Made by a program: the position numbers and the translations under genes. Source: an uncultured cyanobacterium (GTDB lineage: Bacteria; Cyanobacteriota; Cyanobacteriia; Cyanobacteriales; Nostocaceae). From it: a stretch of DNA of 64,000 bases. The DNA lies in assembly GCA_963740315.1 (NCBI GenBank), contig CAVUDP010000002.1, forward strand, positions 2,336,001 through 2,400,000. The letters are read 5' to 3'. How positions within the stretch are numbered: the first letter of the stretch is position 1; each line of letters starts with the position of its first letter. The notes under the pieces were generated by a model. It did not search any database. It worked only from the letters and a program-made list of their open reading frames with translations, and was not told the DNA's origin. Shown here in pieces: positions 1-9,963 of the stretch.

Positions 1-489
1 GATATGAAGCAAAACGGTGGAGGAACTTCTTGTGTTGTCGGAGTTAACGGAACGGAATATTTAGAATTGATTGAAAATGCTGGTGCTAATCCTGAAGATT
101 ATCCCGCTTGTCAACCAGTCGGACAACATTTAATTTGGGAACGAGTATCGGATTCCCAGAGTGTGGAACAAGTTATCGAGCAATTAAAACAAGAAAATTC
201 CAACTTTCATATGGATGGTGCTTCTTGGACAAATAGTATCAGTTGGGTTAAAGGATATGAAAATGTATTAAATCCGATGAATCAACTTAGTAGTTTGTTT
301 CACCAGAAATTTGATTCATTATTGCAAGCGGATGAATCTCTTACCCAACAAACCGAATACCGCAAGGCTTTATTACATAATTTCCTGTTGCAAACAAGTT
401 GTTTTCGCTATTGGGGACAAGGTACCTGGACTGATTATGCAAGAGAAATTTACCAACGTGGGGAAAAAACAGTGAGCAGTAACCAGTGA
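1..489 (+). CDS. Glycoside hydrolase family 57-like protein, C-terminal part (5' truncated by window edge)
   Basis: Frame is open from base 1. C-terminal TSCFRYWGQGTW motif resembles cyanobacterial GH57 proteins. Confidence 0.7.
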   Translation, partial: DMKQNGGGTSCVVGVNGTEYLELIENAGANPEDYPACQPVGQHLIWERVSDSQSVEQVIEQLKQENSNFHMDGASWTNSISWVKGYENVLNPMNQLSSLFHQKFDSLLQADESLTQQTEYRKALLHNFLLQTSCFRYWGQGTWTDYAREIYQRGEKTVSSNQ

Positions 490-520
490 GCAGTAACCAG
501 TAACCAGTAACCAGTTAACT

Positions 521-592
521 AGTAGGTTGGGTTAGGCGCGTGAAGGAAATAGGTTTCAGCGAAAAATTAATCGCGATCGCCGTAACCCAACA
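521..592. repeat. GTAG-type REP-like inverted element (GTAGGTTGGGTTA...TAACCCAAC)
   Basis: Arms gttgggtta / taacccaac. Similar copies at ~38644-38718, 38784-38858 and 60652-60722. Confidence 0.75.
573..580. repeat. HIP1 octamer GCGATCGC (representative; many copies across the window)
   Basis: Exact copies at 573, 2210, 22510, 47683 and many others; a cyanobacterial hallmark. Confidence 0.95.
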
Positions 593-631
593 TTTAATCG
601 TCGGTACTATACTATTGCAGCACGTGTCGGG

Positions 632-687
632 GTAGTGCGAGCATCTTGCTCGCTAGCTGTCACTAAGGAGCGAGACGCGAACACTAC
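632..687. repeat. GTAG-type REP-like element (GTAGTGCGAGCATCTTGCTCGC...CACTAC)
   Basis: Palindromic GCGAGCA-TCT-TGCTCGC with GTAG/CTAC termini. Relatives at 25446-25504, 32881-32899 and 59158-59255. Confidence 0.75.
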
Positions 688-866
688 AAATATCTTACCC
701 CTCAAATCTTATGTGGTGAAGTAATAGTTCAAACTATCAAAATTCCGATATAAATAAAAAGTAGTAAACTAAAGTTTGAAGTTTGAAGTATTTTAGTAGT
801 TAAATATGACTACAGGCTATATTGTATTAGCGATTCTAATGACGGGGGGTACAATCTCCGCTTTAG

Positions 867-901
867 GCGATAAGCCGGAGGCTTGACGCTCCGCGTATCG
901 C
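867..901. repeat. Short dispersed palindromic repeat (GCGATA...TATCGC)
   Basis: gcgataagccggaggcttgacgctccgcgtatcgc: inverted ends with internal hairpins, like the very small Nostocales repeats. Confidence 0.55.
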
Positions 902-934
902 GTTAAAAGAAAAATCCGCAAGCAACGTCTCTCA

Positions 935-1150
935 TTGTTTAATCTCCGTCCCAAACATACGATATCACTGGTAGGAATGCTCACGGGGATGTCAATTTCG
1001 GCATCAACCCTTTTAATTCTGTTTACTGCGGATCGAGATGTGCGACAAGCAGTATTTCAACCAGAAATTCACAGAGAAATTCAAAGCAAATCGGAATTAA
1101 CAACAGTAAATCAGCTTCAAGTAGAAATTAAACAAATTAGTGAAAGTTAG
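935..1150 (+). CDS. Small hypothetical protein with one hydrophobic segment
   Basis: 71-aa ORF with an N-terminal hydrophobic stretch; no recognised motif; start uncertain. Confidence 0.35.
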   Translation: MFNLRPKHTISLVGMLTGMSISASTLLILFTADRDVRQAVFQPEIHREIQSKSELTTVNQLQVEIKQISES

Positions 1151-1226
1151 TAATTATCAGTAATTAAAAATGGGGAGTTACGGCATTGTAAGTATTTTTA
1201 ATGCTAAATCCCCAATTACCCAATAA

Positions 1227-2624
1227 TTAAACCAAAGGTAAAAGAATTTCAAATTTAGTGCCTTTATCTGGTTGAGAATCAAAATTTAATCTACCACCAT
1301 GTCTTGCTGTAATAATACGATAACTTACAGCTAAACTAGTTTCCTTATCAGCCCTTTTATTTACAGAAAAAGACTCTTTTATTTGCTGTTGAAATTCCTC
1401 AGACATTCCCGGTCCATTATCTGCAATAGTAATTGATACCCAGCGAGAATCGGGTGTGCCTGGTATGTCTGATTCTTGGGAAATAACTTCTGTAACTACT
1501 TCGATAGTGGGTTTTTTATCAGAGTTGCTTTTCGCTTCTATCTCAAACTGGTATCGAACTGCTTCATCAAGTAAAATATCTACTGCCCTACTTAATATAT
1601 TCATAAAAACTTGATTTAACTGTCCGGCAAAACAATATACAGGAGGCAAATAACCGAATTTTTTAACAATCTTAATCTCACCTTTCAATCGGCTGCCAAT
1701 TAACAATATAGTGCTATCTAAATTAGCGTGTAAATCTACAGGTTTTGGATAAATTGCATCAATATGACAGAAGTTTTGCAATCCAGTAACTAGTTTTTTT
1801 AATCTTTCTGCACCAGTCCGAATACTTGCAAGTGCTTGTGATAAATCTGATTCTAAATAATCGAATTCAATATCTTGCTTCAAATACAACACATCATTTG
1901 GAGTATTTATTGTATTGTTCTCGTAAATTTCGATCAATTTAAGTAAGTCTTTACTGTAATTAGAAACGTGAGTTACATTACCCCAAATAAAGTTTACAGG
2001 ATCTAAAATTTCGTGCGCTACCCCATCAACCAAACGTCCTAAACTAGCCATTTTATCATTTTGAATAATTTGCGCTTGGCTGCGCTCGTACCTTACCTGA
2101 GCTTCGATTCCACGAATTTGCCAAGAAGCAATATTTAACTCTTGCATATCCAACAACCTGTACTTATCGGATGCAGTTTTCACTAATACGGGTTCCGATA
2201 AAAATTCTGGCGATCGCCTTAAGGAAAATTGCATTGCACATAAAATCGATGTAGTCTCCGCTAGCTCTAAAATCGGCGTGCGAGCATAGCTGTACAATTT
2301 ACTCAGCGGTTGATAAAAAAATACATCTCGTCCGAAAGGACGAATCAAAAATTCCAATAATTGCCTTCTCGAAAGCATCCCAGCATATTTACCCTCGTCT
2401 AACAAAATCGCTCCCGGTAGCAAGGGATATTTTTCAAAAACTTCGGCTACTTCTTTACCAGTAAATTTCATCTCCACTGAAAACTCGTAAAGCGGCAACT
2501 CCAAAAGCTTCGATTCCAAACCGAGGTCGCCATTGCTACCCTCAATTAATAATGGCGATGAAATTTGCGAACTAAATTCCTGTGACACTGCAAACCCTGT
2601 TCCTAAAATATAGATACTAAACAA
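1227..2624 (-). CDS. Sensor histidine kinase-like protein with CBS-like N-terminus and degenerate ATP-binding boxes
   Basis: KMASLGRLVDGVAHEILDP H-box and IADNGPG G1 box; C-terminal GTKFEILLP. True start may lie slightly downstream. Confidence 0.85.
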   Translation of the reverse strand: MFSIYILGTGFAVSQEFSSQISSPLLIEGSNGDLGLESKLLELPLYEFSVEMKFTGKEVAEVFEKYPLLPGAILLDEGKYAGMLSRRQLLEFLIRPFGRDVFFYQPLSKLYSYARTPILELAETTSILCAMQFSLRRSPEFLSEPVLVKTASDKYRLLDMQELNIASWQIRGIEAQVRYERSQAQIIQNDKMASLGRLVDGVAHEILDPVNFIWGNVTHVSNYSKDLLKLIEIYENNTINTPNDVLYLKQDIEFDYLESDLSQALASIRTGAERLKKLVTGLQNFCHIDAIYPKPVDLHANLDSTILLIGSRLKGEIKIVKKFGYLPPVYCFAGQLNQVFMNILSRAVDILLDEAVRYQFEIEAKSNSDKKPTIEVVTEVISQESDIPGTPDSRWVSITIADNGPGMSEEFQQQIKESFSVNKRADKETSLAVSYRIITARHGGRLNFDSQPDKGTKFEILLPLV

Positions 2625-2776
2625 GCGGCTCTAGCTAATTAATTAGCATTCTCATCCGTTTTAACATCTCTTCTCAACGAACAATAAAAATAAATCCCAT
2701 TATACGTATCTTTTCGGTATGAACGCATAGCATCTCAACCTCTAAGATATGATCGTTGATAACTGATAATTAATAA

Positions 2777-3244
2777 TTGATTATGCTATCTAGTCCTCAA
2801 TCTTTAAATAGCGCTATATCTCCAGGAAGTCTGCGTCGAGTGCATCACATTGCTCTTAACGTCCAAGATATGCAGGCTTCTCGGCATTTTTATGGAAATA
2901 TCTTGGGTTTGCACGAACTGACAGGTGATGAAGTACCCACAACTTTAGTTGATTTAGTTAAAGCGGGAAAAGTCGCCAACTTTACGACCCCCGATGGTAC
3001 CATATTAGATTTATTTTGGGAACCGGAATTATCACCACCAGATCCAAATCCCGAACTTGGTTTTACACGCGCCAATCATCTGGCATTTGATATTGCTCCT
3101 GAATTATTTGATAATGCAGTCGTTGTACTCAGACAGCATCAAATAAAAATTGCTCAAGAACCCGTTACCCGTCCCACCGGAAGAGGAGTATACTTTTACG
3201 ATCCAGATGGGTTTATTGTTGAGATTCGCTGCAATCCGGAGTAA
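2777..3244 (+). CDS. VOC/glyoxalase family protein
   Basis: VHHIALNV, HLAF and YFYDPDG.IVE motifs. Confidence 0.9.
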   Translation: MIMLSSPQSLNSAISPGSLRRVHHIALNVQDMQASRHFYGNILGLHELTGDEVPTTLVDLVKAGKVANFTTPDGTILDLFWEPELSPPDPNPELGFTRANHLAFDIAPELFDNAVVVLRQHQIKIAQEPVTRPTGRGVYFYDPDGFIVEIRCNPE

Positions 3245-3465
3245 GTGATGGGGAGAGGGGGAGAGGGCGAGATGGGGAGTACTTCGACAAGTCTTACAGT
3301 GAGCTACGTCGAACTGCTCAGTAACCTTTGGGGGGATGGGGAGACAAGGGGACAAGAAGAAAGACTAATCAATTCTTAACTCCTAACTCCGGTGGTCCTA
3401 ACTATTCTTTATCAACTAACCACTAACCACTAACAACTATCAATTAACAACTAACTCTTAAAAGA

Positions 3466-3741
3466 ATGTCCCAAATATATCAAACTGTAGAAGAAGCGTT
3501 TAAAAGACCGATGGTTTCCTACGATCCATCAAGACAATCACTGAAAGCTTGGGTGATGTTTTGTTTGCGAGATAAAGGTTTCAAGGTAGTTTACGCTCAA
3601 AATGCAGACTTTGCAATTGAAAGAAAAGGCGAAAAATTTTATTTCAAAGTTTCAGATACAGCCGAAAATTTAGACAAAGAATTTAACTGGGTTGTTTGGG
3701 ATAGTAACGCGAAAACTGCGATCGCTATTCCTGCTGAGTGA
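3466..3741 (+). CDS. Hypothetical protein
   Basis: Clean 91-aa ORF between STRR blocks; ATG start; typical composition. Confidence 0.7.
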   Translation: MSQIYQTVEEAFKRPMVSYDPSRQSLKAWVMFCLRDKGFKVVYAQNADFAIERKGEKFYFKVSDTAENLDKEFNWVVWDSNAKTAIAIPAE

Positions 3742-3925
3742 TGGGGGAGATGGGGGGGATGGGGAGATGGGGAGATGGGGGGATGGGGAGACAAGGAGAC
3801 AAGGAGACAAGGAGAAATAATTCCTAACTCCTCACTACTCACTCCTCATTCCTAACTATTCCCAATTACCAATTCCACAACTAACAACTAACAACTAACA
3901 ACTAACAACTAACAACTAACCACTA
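3742..3925. repeat. STRR block: G-rich octamers followed by (ACTAACA)n heptamers between convergent genes
   Basis: GGGGAGAT units, then ACAACTA x6. Confidence 0.9.
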
Positions 3926-4680
3926 ACTCCTTTTTCAAATATCATCAAATGCTGCTGGGGAAGCAGTTCTTTAGTTTCTTTCCAAGTTAATCCTACGGCT
4001 TTCATTTCTTTTTTGACTTGTTTTTGAGTCATTTTATGCAAGCGTTTGATGGCAAGAAAAGGATTTTCACCGCGATATTCTACCAGTACTGCTTTACCTC
4101 CTGGCTTCAATGACTTTACTACTCCTTCCATCACTTCCTTGGGATATTCAAACTCGTGATAAGCATCCACCATTAATGCTAGATCGACGCTTTCGGGTGG
4201 TAAATTCGGGTTAGTAACTGTTGCTAAAACAGGCTCTACGTTATTAATTTTGGTTCGTTTTTTGTAAAAATTGATAATATCCAACATTTCCGGCTGAATA
4301 TCAACAGCAAACACCTTTCCATCCGATACTTTAGGAGCGATGCGAAAACTCATGTAGCCAGTACCAGCACCGATATCCGCCACAACATCGGTATCTTTTA
4401 AATCAAGAGCTAAGATTATTTTACTAGGTTGTTCTTGAGATTCACGGGTAGGTCTTTCCAACCACATTGCACCCTTATGTCCCATAACTTGAGAAATTTC
4501 TCTACCCATGTAAACTTTACCAATACCATCCGAACTAGCGGATTTATGTTGGTAAACGTCAGTAGATGTATTAGCGATCGCCGTATTAACAGGATAAAAC
4601 AGCAACCCCACCAACATCACTAAAATAATCCCAGCAGAACGTAAAAAATTCAAAAAATCTAGTCTATTATTATGGTTCAT
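3916..4680 (-). CDS. Class I SAM-dependent methyltransferase with N-terminal signal/TM segment
   Basis: VADIGAGTG and VDAYHEF motifs. Start set at MNHNN (4680) because the upstream extension is STRR repeat. Confidence 0.88.
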   Translation of the reverse strand: MNHNNRLDFLNFLRSAGIILVMLVGLLFYPVNTAIANTSTDVYQHKSASSDGIGKVYMGREISQVMGHKGAMWLERPTRESQEQPSKIILALDLKDTDVVADIGAGTGYMSFRIAPKVSDGKVFAVDIQPEMLDIINFYKKRTKINNVEPVLATVTNPNLPPESVDLALMVDAYHEFEYPKEVMEGVVKSLKPGGKAVLVEYRGENPFLAIKRLHKMTQKQVKKEMKAVGLTWKETKELLPQQHLMIFEKGVSG

Positions 4681-4810
4681 TTTATTAAAAAGAGGAATTG
4701 GGAATTGGGAGATGGGGAGAGGGGGAGATGGGGAGAGGGGGAGATGGGGAGACAAGGAGAAATAATTCCTAACTCCTAACTCCTAACTGCTCACTGTTCA
4801 CTGCTCACTG

Positions 4811-6379
4811 CTAACTGATTACAAACGGTTCAATCTCAGGATAATTCCATTGCTGCCCAACTCGTTCGGCTACAAATGGTTTGACAACAAACTTAACAGG
4901 ATTACCCGCTTTTACATCAATTCGTATCCCGGAATAAGGAGAGCGTTCTAATGAGTCGTAACCTTTGCGACCTACAAAAAGTAAAGAATCAGCAACTTTA
5001 CGGTTAGGGCTACCGGCAATATAATCAAAATTTTCCATCAATTCTGAACCCATATCCCTCTGACGACGGGGATAATGACCGCTGCCTCCGCTAACGATAC
5101 AGTTAATGTGCGAGTCTGCATGTCCGGTGTCGGTGGTGCAAAGATGCTCTAAGCAGTGGGCGTGCCCGTTTAAAATTAAATCTACAATTGGACGTTTATC
5201 TCTTAAATTACCGATGGTTTGAGCAACTTCATCAAATACCCACCGCAGACGACGACGAATAGCTAAGGTTTGTGCTTGATGCCACTTGCTTGCTTCAGTA
5301 ACGTAGGGAGGATGATGAAAATAAACGATGCGAGCGCGAACTTCCGAACTATTCCACGATTCAATTAACCTTTGCTTGAACCATTCAAGTTGTTCAAAAT
5401 CAACTTGGGGAGAATGCGATACGAGTTGTTTTTCTATATCAATTTTGACTTCGTTGATTTGATTTAATATTGCTTCGAGCGTATCGCTTTTTGCGGCATC
5501 TTTAGGATTATCCAAGTTTAAGCGATCGTATTCTTCTAAAATCTGCTGTTCTTCAACATCTATCTCATCGCGACGCTGAATTAAAGCTTTTCTGCGAATA
5601 TCTCCTTGTGGTGTTTCCGGTATCGGCGAAGGTTCGTTAATAGTATTTGAATCAAGTGCAAAAAAGTCAATACCGCCGTAACGAAACGTATAATAACGGT
5701 TTGGTAAACGGGTGAAATGTCCCGGCTCGTAACGCAAACAGCGCCCATTGTCGGTTTTTGCGGTGTAATGTTCGTCTAAATGAGACTCTAATTGTTGAGA
5801 ATTAAATCGCGTTAAATAATCTAAAAATGCCTTTGCATAAGCATCACCTTGTTCGGAACCATGCCAGCCAATTTCAAAATCTTTGTAGCGTAATAAACGG
5901 CGTAACTGTAACGTGGGACCTGTTAGAACTCGATACAGCAAAGGTACATCGTAATAATCGTGATTCCCCAAAGTCGTCAGAATCGGAGTATCAAACACCA
6001 TATTGTCATAAGCAATATTTTGGGGATTTTCTCCACCCCGTAAAAACTCGCGATAAGGTTCGATAAAATTTGATGGGTAATATTCGCGAGAACCCACAGT
6101 ATAAATTACATCACCAGTGTGCAAAACAAAATTGCACTCATGGCGGTGCTGAAGCATTAACTTAGCAACTTCTCGCTGGGGATGATATCCATCTTGGCAG
6201 GTTGTACCAGTATCACCGATAACCATAAAAGAGAATTCTTCACTATCCTCCTTACCGTCATCGAGAACCATACTAGTTTGATCGATTCCCCGCTGCATAA
6301 TGCTTTCATGCTGCCATCGTACCCGTTGCTTCATTTTCTCGATTTTTACGGGAATCGCTGGTTCCAATATCAAATCCAT
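4811..6379 (-). CDS. Calcineurin-like metallophosphoesterase
   Basis: GDTG, GDVIY, GNHDY, FHHPPY and GHAH motifs. Confidence 0.9.
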   Translation of the reverse strand: MDLILEPAIPVKIEKMKQRVRWQHESIMQRGIDQTSMVLDDGKEDSEEFSFMVIGDTGTTCQDGYHPQREVAKLMLQHRHECNFVLHTGDVIYTVGSREYYPSNFIEPYREFLRGGENPQNIAYDNMVFDTPILTTLGNHDYYDVPLLYRVLTGPTLQLRRLLRYKDFEIGWHGSEQGDAYAKAFLDYLTRFNSQQLESHLDEHYTAKTDNGRCLRYEPGHFTRLPNRYYTFRYGGIDFFALDSNTINEPSPIPETPQGDIRRKALIQRRDEIDVEEQQILEEYDRLNLDNPKDAAKSDTLEAILNQINEVKIDIEKQLVSHSPQVDFEQLEWFKQRLIESWNSSEVRARIVYFHHPPYVTEASKWHQAQTLAIRRRLRWVFDEVAQTIGNLRDKRPIVDLILNGHAHCLEHLCTTDTGHADSHINCIVSGGSGHYPRRQRDMGSELMENFDYIAGSPNRKVADSLLFVGRKGYDSLERSPYSGIRIDVKAGNPVKFVVKPFVAERVGQQWNYPEIEPFVIS

Positions 6380-6518
6380 CGCTTATTACTCCGGGTAAAG
6401 CACGCATCAGTATTGTAACCAATTGTTACGCTTTGTGAACAGTGAACAGTGAACAGTGAACAGTGAACAGTTACCAGTTATTAGTTATGAGTAAGGAGTT
6501 AAGAATATTTCTCCTCTT

Positions 6519-6685
6519 CCCCCTCTCCCCATCTCCCCCTCTCCCCATCTCCCCCTCTCCCCATCTCCCCCTCTCCCCATCTCCCCCTCTCCCCATCTCC
6601 CCCTCTCCCCATCTCCCCCTCTCCCCATCTCCCCATCTCCCCATCTCCCCATCTCCCCCTCTCCCCCTCTCCCCCTCTCCCCATC
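6519..6685. repeat. Tandem octamer array CCCC(A/C)TCT, about 21 units
   Basis: Read directly; lies immediately 3' of the ABC transporter stop codon. Confidence 0.95.
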
Positions 6686-8510
6686 ACCGATACCCCTGCG
6701 CTTGCAAGGAAAACAGCGTCGCATATCTCCCGTTTGCTTGCAATAACTCTTCGTGGGTTCCAGTTTCCAAAACTTCACCTTGTTCGATGACGACGATTTT
6801 GTCAGCCATTCGCACTGTCGAAAAACGGTGAGATATTAAAACCACCATTTTATCTTTGGTTAAGTTGCGAAAACGGTCGAAAATTTCGTATTCTGCTTGA
6901 GCGTCTATTGCCGAAGTCGGCTCATCTAATACCAGAATATCGGCGCTATTTCGCATAAAAGCACGAGAAAGGGCTATTTTCTGCCATTGTCCGCCGGAAA
7001 GCTCTTGTCCTGACTTAAACCAGCGTCCTAATTGTGTTGTAAAACCATCTGGTAATCGTTCGATAAAAGGTTGTGCCATTCCTTTTTCCGCAGCGATTTC
7101 CCATGCTTTTTCATCTTCTAATTTTTCCACATCGCCAACGCCGATATTTTCACCGACGGTAAACTGATAGCGAACGAAATTTTGAAAAATTACCCCTATT
7201 CGCCGCCGCAATGCATCTAAATCCCACTCTTCTAAGTTCAATCCATCTAATAAAATTCTTCCCGATTCTGGAGTGTAAAGTCGGGTAAGCAATTTAATTA
7301 AAGTTGTCTTTCCCGAACCGTTTTCACCGACAATTGCTAGTTTTTCACCCGGTTTCAAGTGCAGCGAAATATTTTTTAAAGCTGGTTTTGTACTTCCGGG
7401 ATAGGTAAAAGAAACGTTTTCAAAACGAATTCCATCTTGTGGATTTGTACCTTTTGTAGCCCTACCATATCTTATTGGTACTTCTTCTTCCAAAAATTCG
7501 TAAAGATTGGAGAGATACAGGTTATCTTCATACATTCCACCAATGGAAGTTAGCGCACTTGCAAAAGTGGTTTGTCCCTGACGAAATACGGTAAGATACA
7601 TCGTCATATCTCCTAAAGAAATCCTACCCGCAAACGTTTCTACCACAATCCACCCATAAGCAAGGTAGAAAGTTGCAGTACTCAATAAACCTAATAAATA
7701 ACTCCAAAAACCGCGCTTGATTGTTAAATCCCTATCTTCACCGTAAAGTTGATCGAATAGGCTGCGATATCTTCCTAATAACATTTCGCCAAGTTGATAA
7801 AGCTTCACCTCCTTGGCAAAATCTTCCCTAGCAACCAGCGTCTCTAAATATCGCTGCTGACGGGTTTCCGGGGCACGCCAGCGAAATAACCGAAAAGCTT
7901 GTCCGGCGAAGCGTGTCTCCGCAATAAAAGCAGGCACGGCAGCTAAAATTAATACTAATACAGCCCACGCAGAAAAGCTTATCAACAAAGCGCCGTAAGT
8001 AATTAGAGATAAAGCACTTTGCACCAAACCGAAAGTACGGTTAACTAAAGAAAGCGGACGGCTAGAAGCTTCCTGCCGTGCATTGGTCATTTTATCGTAG
8101 AATTCCGAATCCTCAAATTGACTCAATTCCAACGTCAGCGCTTTTTCGATAATCAGTACATTTACTCTTTGTCCAAGTAATACTCTTAACAGCGACTGAG
8201 CAATACTAAGTCCGCGCTGACTACCTGCGAGTAAAGCCACAGCAATTGCTTCAAATCCCACGTACATTAAAGGAAGAGAAGTGTTGAGATTATCTTGTAA
8301 AGTTGAATTTCGGGTTGCGACAACAGCATCGACAATTAACTTACCAATATAGGCAACAGCAGCCGGTAAAAGCCCAGCAACTAAAGTTAAAATTGCCAGA
8401 ATAATAGTAAGAGTGTGGCTAGTAGTCCAAACTAAATTTACAGCTCGTCCGCTGTAGCGAAACACAGCGAAAGATTGGCGTAGATTGTTACGTATTTTGC
8501 TTATCCTCAT
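6684..8510 (-). CDS. ABC transporter, fused permease/ATP-binding protein
   Basis: TM helices, Walker A GENGSGKT, signature LSGGQWQ, Walker B LVLDEPT. Confidence 0.95.
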   Translation of the reverse strand: MRISKIRNNLRQSFAVFRYSGRAVNLVWTTSHTLTIILAILTLVAGLLPAAVAYIGKLIVDAVVATRNSTLQDNLNTSLPLMYVGFEAIAVALLAGSQRGLSIAQSLLRVLLGQRVNVLIIEKALTLELSQFEDSEFYDKMTNARQEASSRPLSLVNRTFGLVQSALSLITYGALLISFSAWAVLVLILAAVPAFIAETRFAGQAFRLFRWRAPETRQQRYLETLVAREDFAKEVKLYQLGEMLLGRYRSLFDQLYGEDRDLTIKRGFWSYLLGLLSTATFYLAYGWIVVETFAGRISLGDMTMYLTVFRQGQTTFASALTSIGGMYEDNLYLSNLYEFLEEEVPIRYGRATKGTNPQDGIRFENVSFTYPGSTKPALKNISLHLKPGEKLAIVGENGSGKTTLIKLLTRLYTPESGRILLDGLNLEEWDLDALRRRIGVIFQNFVRYQFTVGENIGVGDVEKLEDEKAWEIAAEKGMAQPFIERLPDGFTTQLGRWFKSGQELSGGQWQKIALSRAFMRNSADILVLDEPTSAIDAQAEYEIFDRFRNLTKDKMVVLISHRFSTVRMADKIVVIEQGEVLETGTHEELLQANGRYATLFSLQAQGYR

Positions 8511-9028
8511 TAATCTGAATATAGCGTAAAATTAATGGCGATCGCTCGAAAAGGTAAAGGAAGATTTATTAACCTTACTAGACGCGGAGGGCGCTGAGGA
8601 AGAGAAGAGAGAGGTTTATTAAGCTTTTTATTTGGATAAATTAATTTTTGACGGGTTACAAGTAAGGGAATACTTAATACACCAAGCAGCATTACAATAA
8701 TACTCAAAAACCAAATAAATACACGGCTTGGGCGATAATCTGCTCGTTCAATTTGCCGAAATACTCGATTGTAACGCCAAGCTGCTAAAGCAATAACTAT
8801 AATACCAACAATTACCAAACTTAAACCTAAATTTTCTGAATTGAATATAGGATTATTTTCTACTGTTTGTGGAGCAGTTGTAGTTTGTAATTGACGTAAA
8901 AATAAACTAAATCTAGCAATAGCTAAACCGAAGCCTATTAAAGAAATTGATGTTCGCAACCAAGCTAAAAAAGTGCGTTCGTTCGCTAAATGTTCTCTAA
9001 GGCGACTGTCTCTATTTTGGTTCGCCAT
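8510..9028 (-). CDS. YidH/DUF202 family membrane protein
   Basis: REHLANERTFLAWLRT motif; stop/start overlap (TAATG) with the ABC gene. Confidence 0.9.
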   Translation of the reverse strand: MANQNRDSRLREHLANERTFLAWLRTSISLIGFGLAIARFSLFLRQLQTTTAPQTVENNPIFNSENLGLSLVIVGIIVIALAAWRYNRVFRQIERADYRPSRVFIWFLSIIVMLLGVLSIPLLVTRQKLIYPNKKLNKPLSSLPQRPPRLVRLINLPLPFRAIAINFTLYSD

Positions 9029-9087
9029 TATTAAGTATAAATTACTGAATATTTTCTAATTAATTTTACATTGATAAAGACATAAAA

Positions 9088-9138
9088 GTTCGTAGCAAAG
9101 GCTTAAGCCCTTAGAAAACTAAAGTTTTACTACGAACC
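9088..9138. repeat. REP-like inverted element (GTTCGTAG...CTACGAAC)
   Basis: Inverted arms gttcgtag / ctacgaac. Confidence 0.55.
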
Positions 9139-9224
9139 TTAATTAAAAAAGTGAGTTAAATAGATTTAAGTTATCGGTGACTGTAAAATGAAGTTATTAA
9201 GCTTGAATCGGGAGAGTTTTAAAC

Positions 9225-9569
9225 ATGAGCGATCGACTTCACATAAGAGTACCTCGTGGTAAAAGAATTTTTGAAGTACTCGAAGAACACGGGAAGTATA
9301 AGCGTCCTCAGCTTAGTGAGGAAGAGAAAGCCAGAGCAAAAGCGGAAAAAGAAGAATTTTCTCGGCGCTGTAGACAGATTTTTGAGCGACTAAGCCCCGA
9401 TTTAATTAAAAATCATTATAACTGGTACATTCATATTGAGCCAAAAAGCGGAGAATACTTTATTGATTCAGACGAAGAAGTTAGCTTTCAGAAAGCGAAA
9501 GATAAACACCCGAATGCTGTACTGATGGCAATGCGTCTGAACGAAACCGGGGCTGTTGGTAGAATATGA
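9225..9569 (+). CDS. Hypothetical protein (DUF5678-like partner of aspartic protease)
   Basis: HYNWYIHIEPKSGEYF...GAVGRI; RBS GGAGAG; ATGA overlap with the next gene. Confidence 0.75.
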   Translation: MSDRLHIRVPRGKRIFEVLEEHGKYKRPQLSEEEKARAKAEKEEFSRRCRQIFERLSPDLIKNHYNWYIHIEPKSGEYFIDSDEEVSFQKAKDKHPNAVLMAMRLNETGAVGRI

Positions 9570-9946
9570 TTCATGGCTATTTTGACGAACGAGGAAAACT
9601 GTATTTTGACTTAGATTTGGTAGCTGTTGATGGTTCATTTCTTACAGCGAATGCGTTGTTAGATACCGGATTTACCGATTGGCTGGCAATGGATATTCAA
9701 GATTTGGAAAGTTTGGATTGGTCATTTATTAAAAAAGAAACAAGACAAACAGCACGAGGGTTAGCTGAATTTTCCCTTTATCAAGGTACTGTAATATTTG
9801 ATAATCAAGAATTGACCATTCCTGTATTAGGTGGTGAAGATATTAGCGAAATATTAATCGGTTTACCTTGGTTAGAAAACAGACGTTTGGTAGTAGATAG
9901 AAAAGCAAACCTGTTAACAATGAACAACGCTCCAACTAACCACTAA
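9566..9946 (+). CDS. Clan AA (retropepsin-like) aspartic protease
   Basis: ALLDTGF catalytic motif and ILIG.WL motif. Confidence 0.85.
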   Translation: MIHGYFDERGKLYFDLDLVAVDGSFLTANALLDTGFTDWLAMDIQDLESLDWSFIKKETRQTARGLAEFSLYQGTVIFDNQELTIPVLGGEDISEILIGLPWLENRRLVVDRKANLLTMNNAPTNH

Positions 9947-9963
9947 CAACTAACAACTAATTC

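Noticed and set aside
6463..6831. ORFs 6463-6831, 6485-6778 and 6499-6687 (also 3104, 3639, 54907, 55005, 59010, 59026, 59325)
   Set aside because: These are translations of STRR repeats (SPSPHLP / GRWGDGE) and are not credible proteins.
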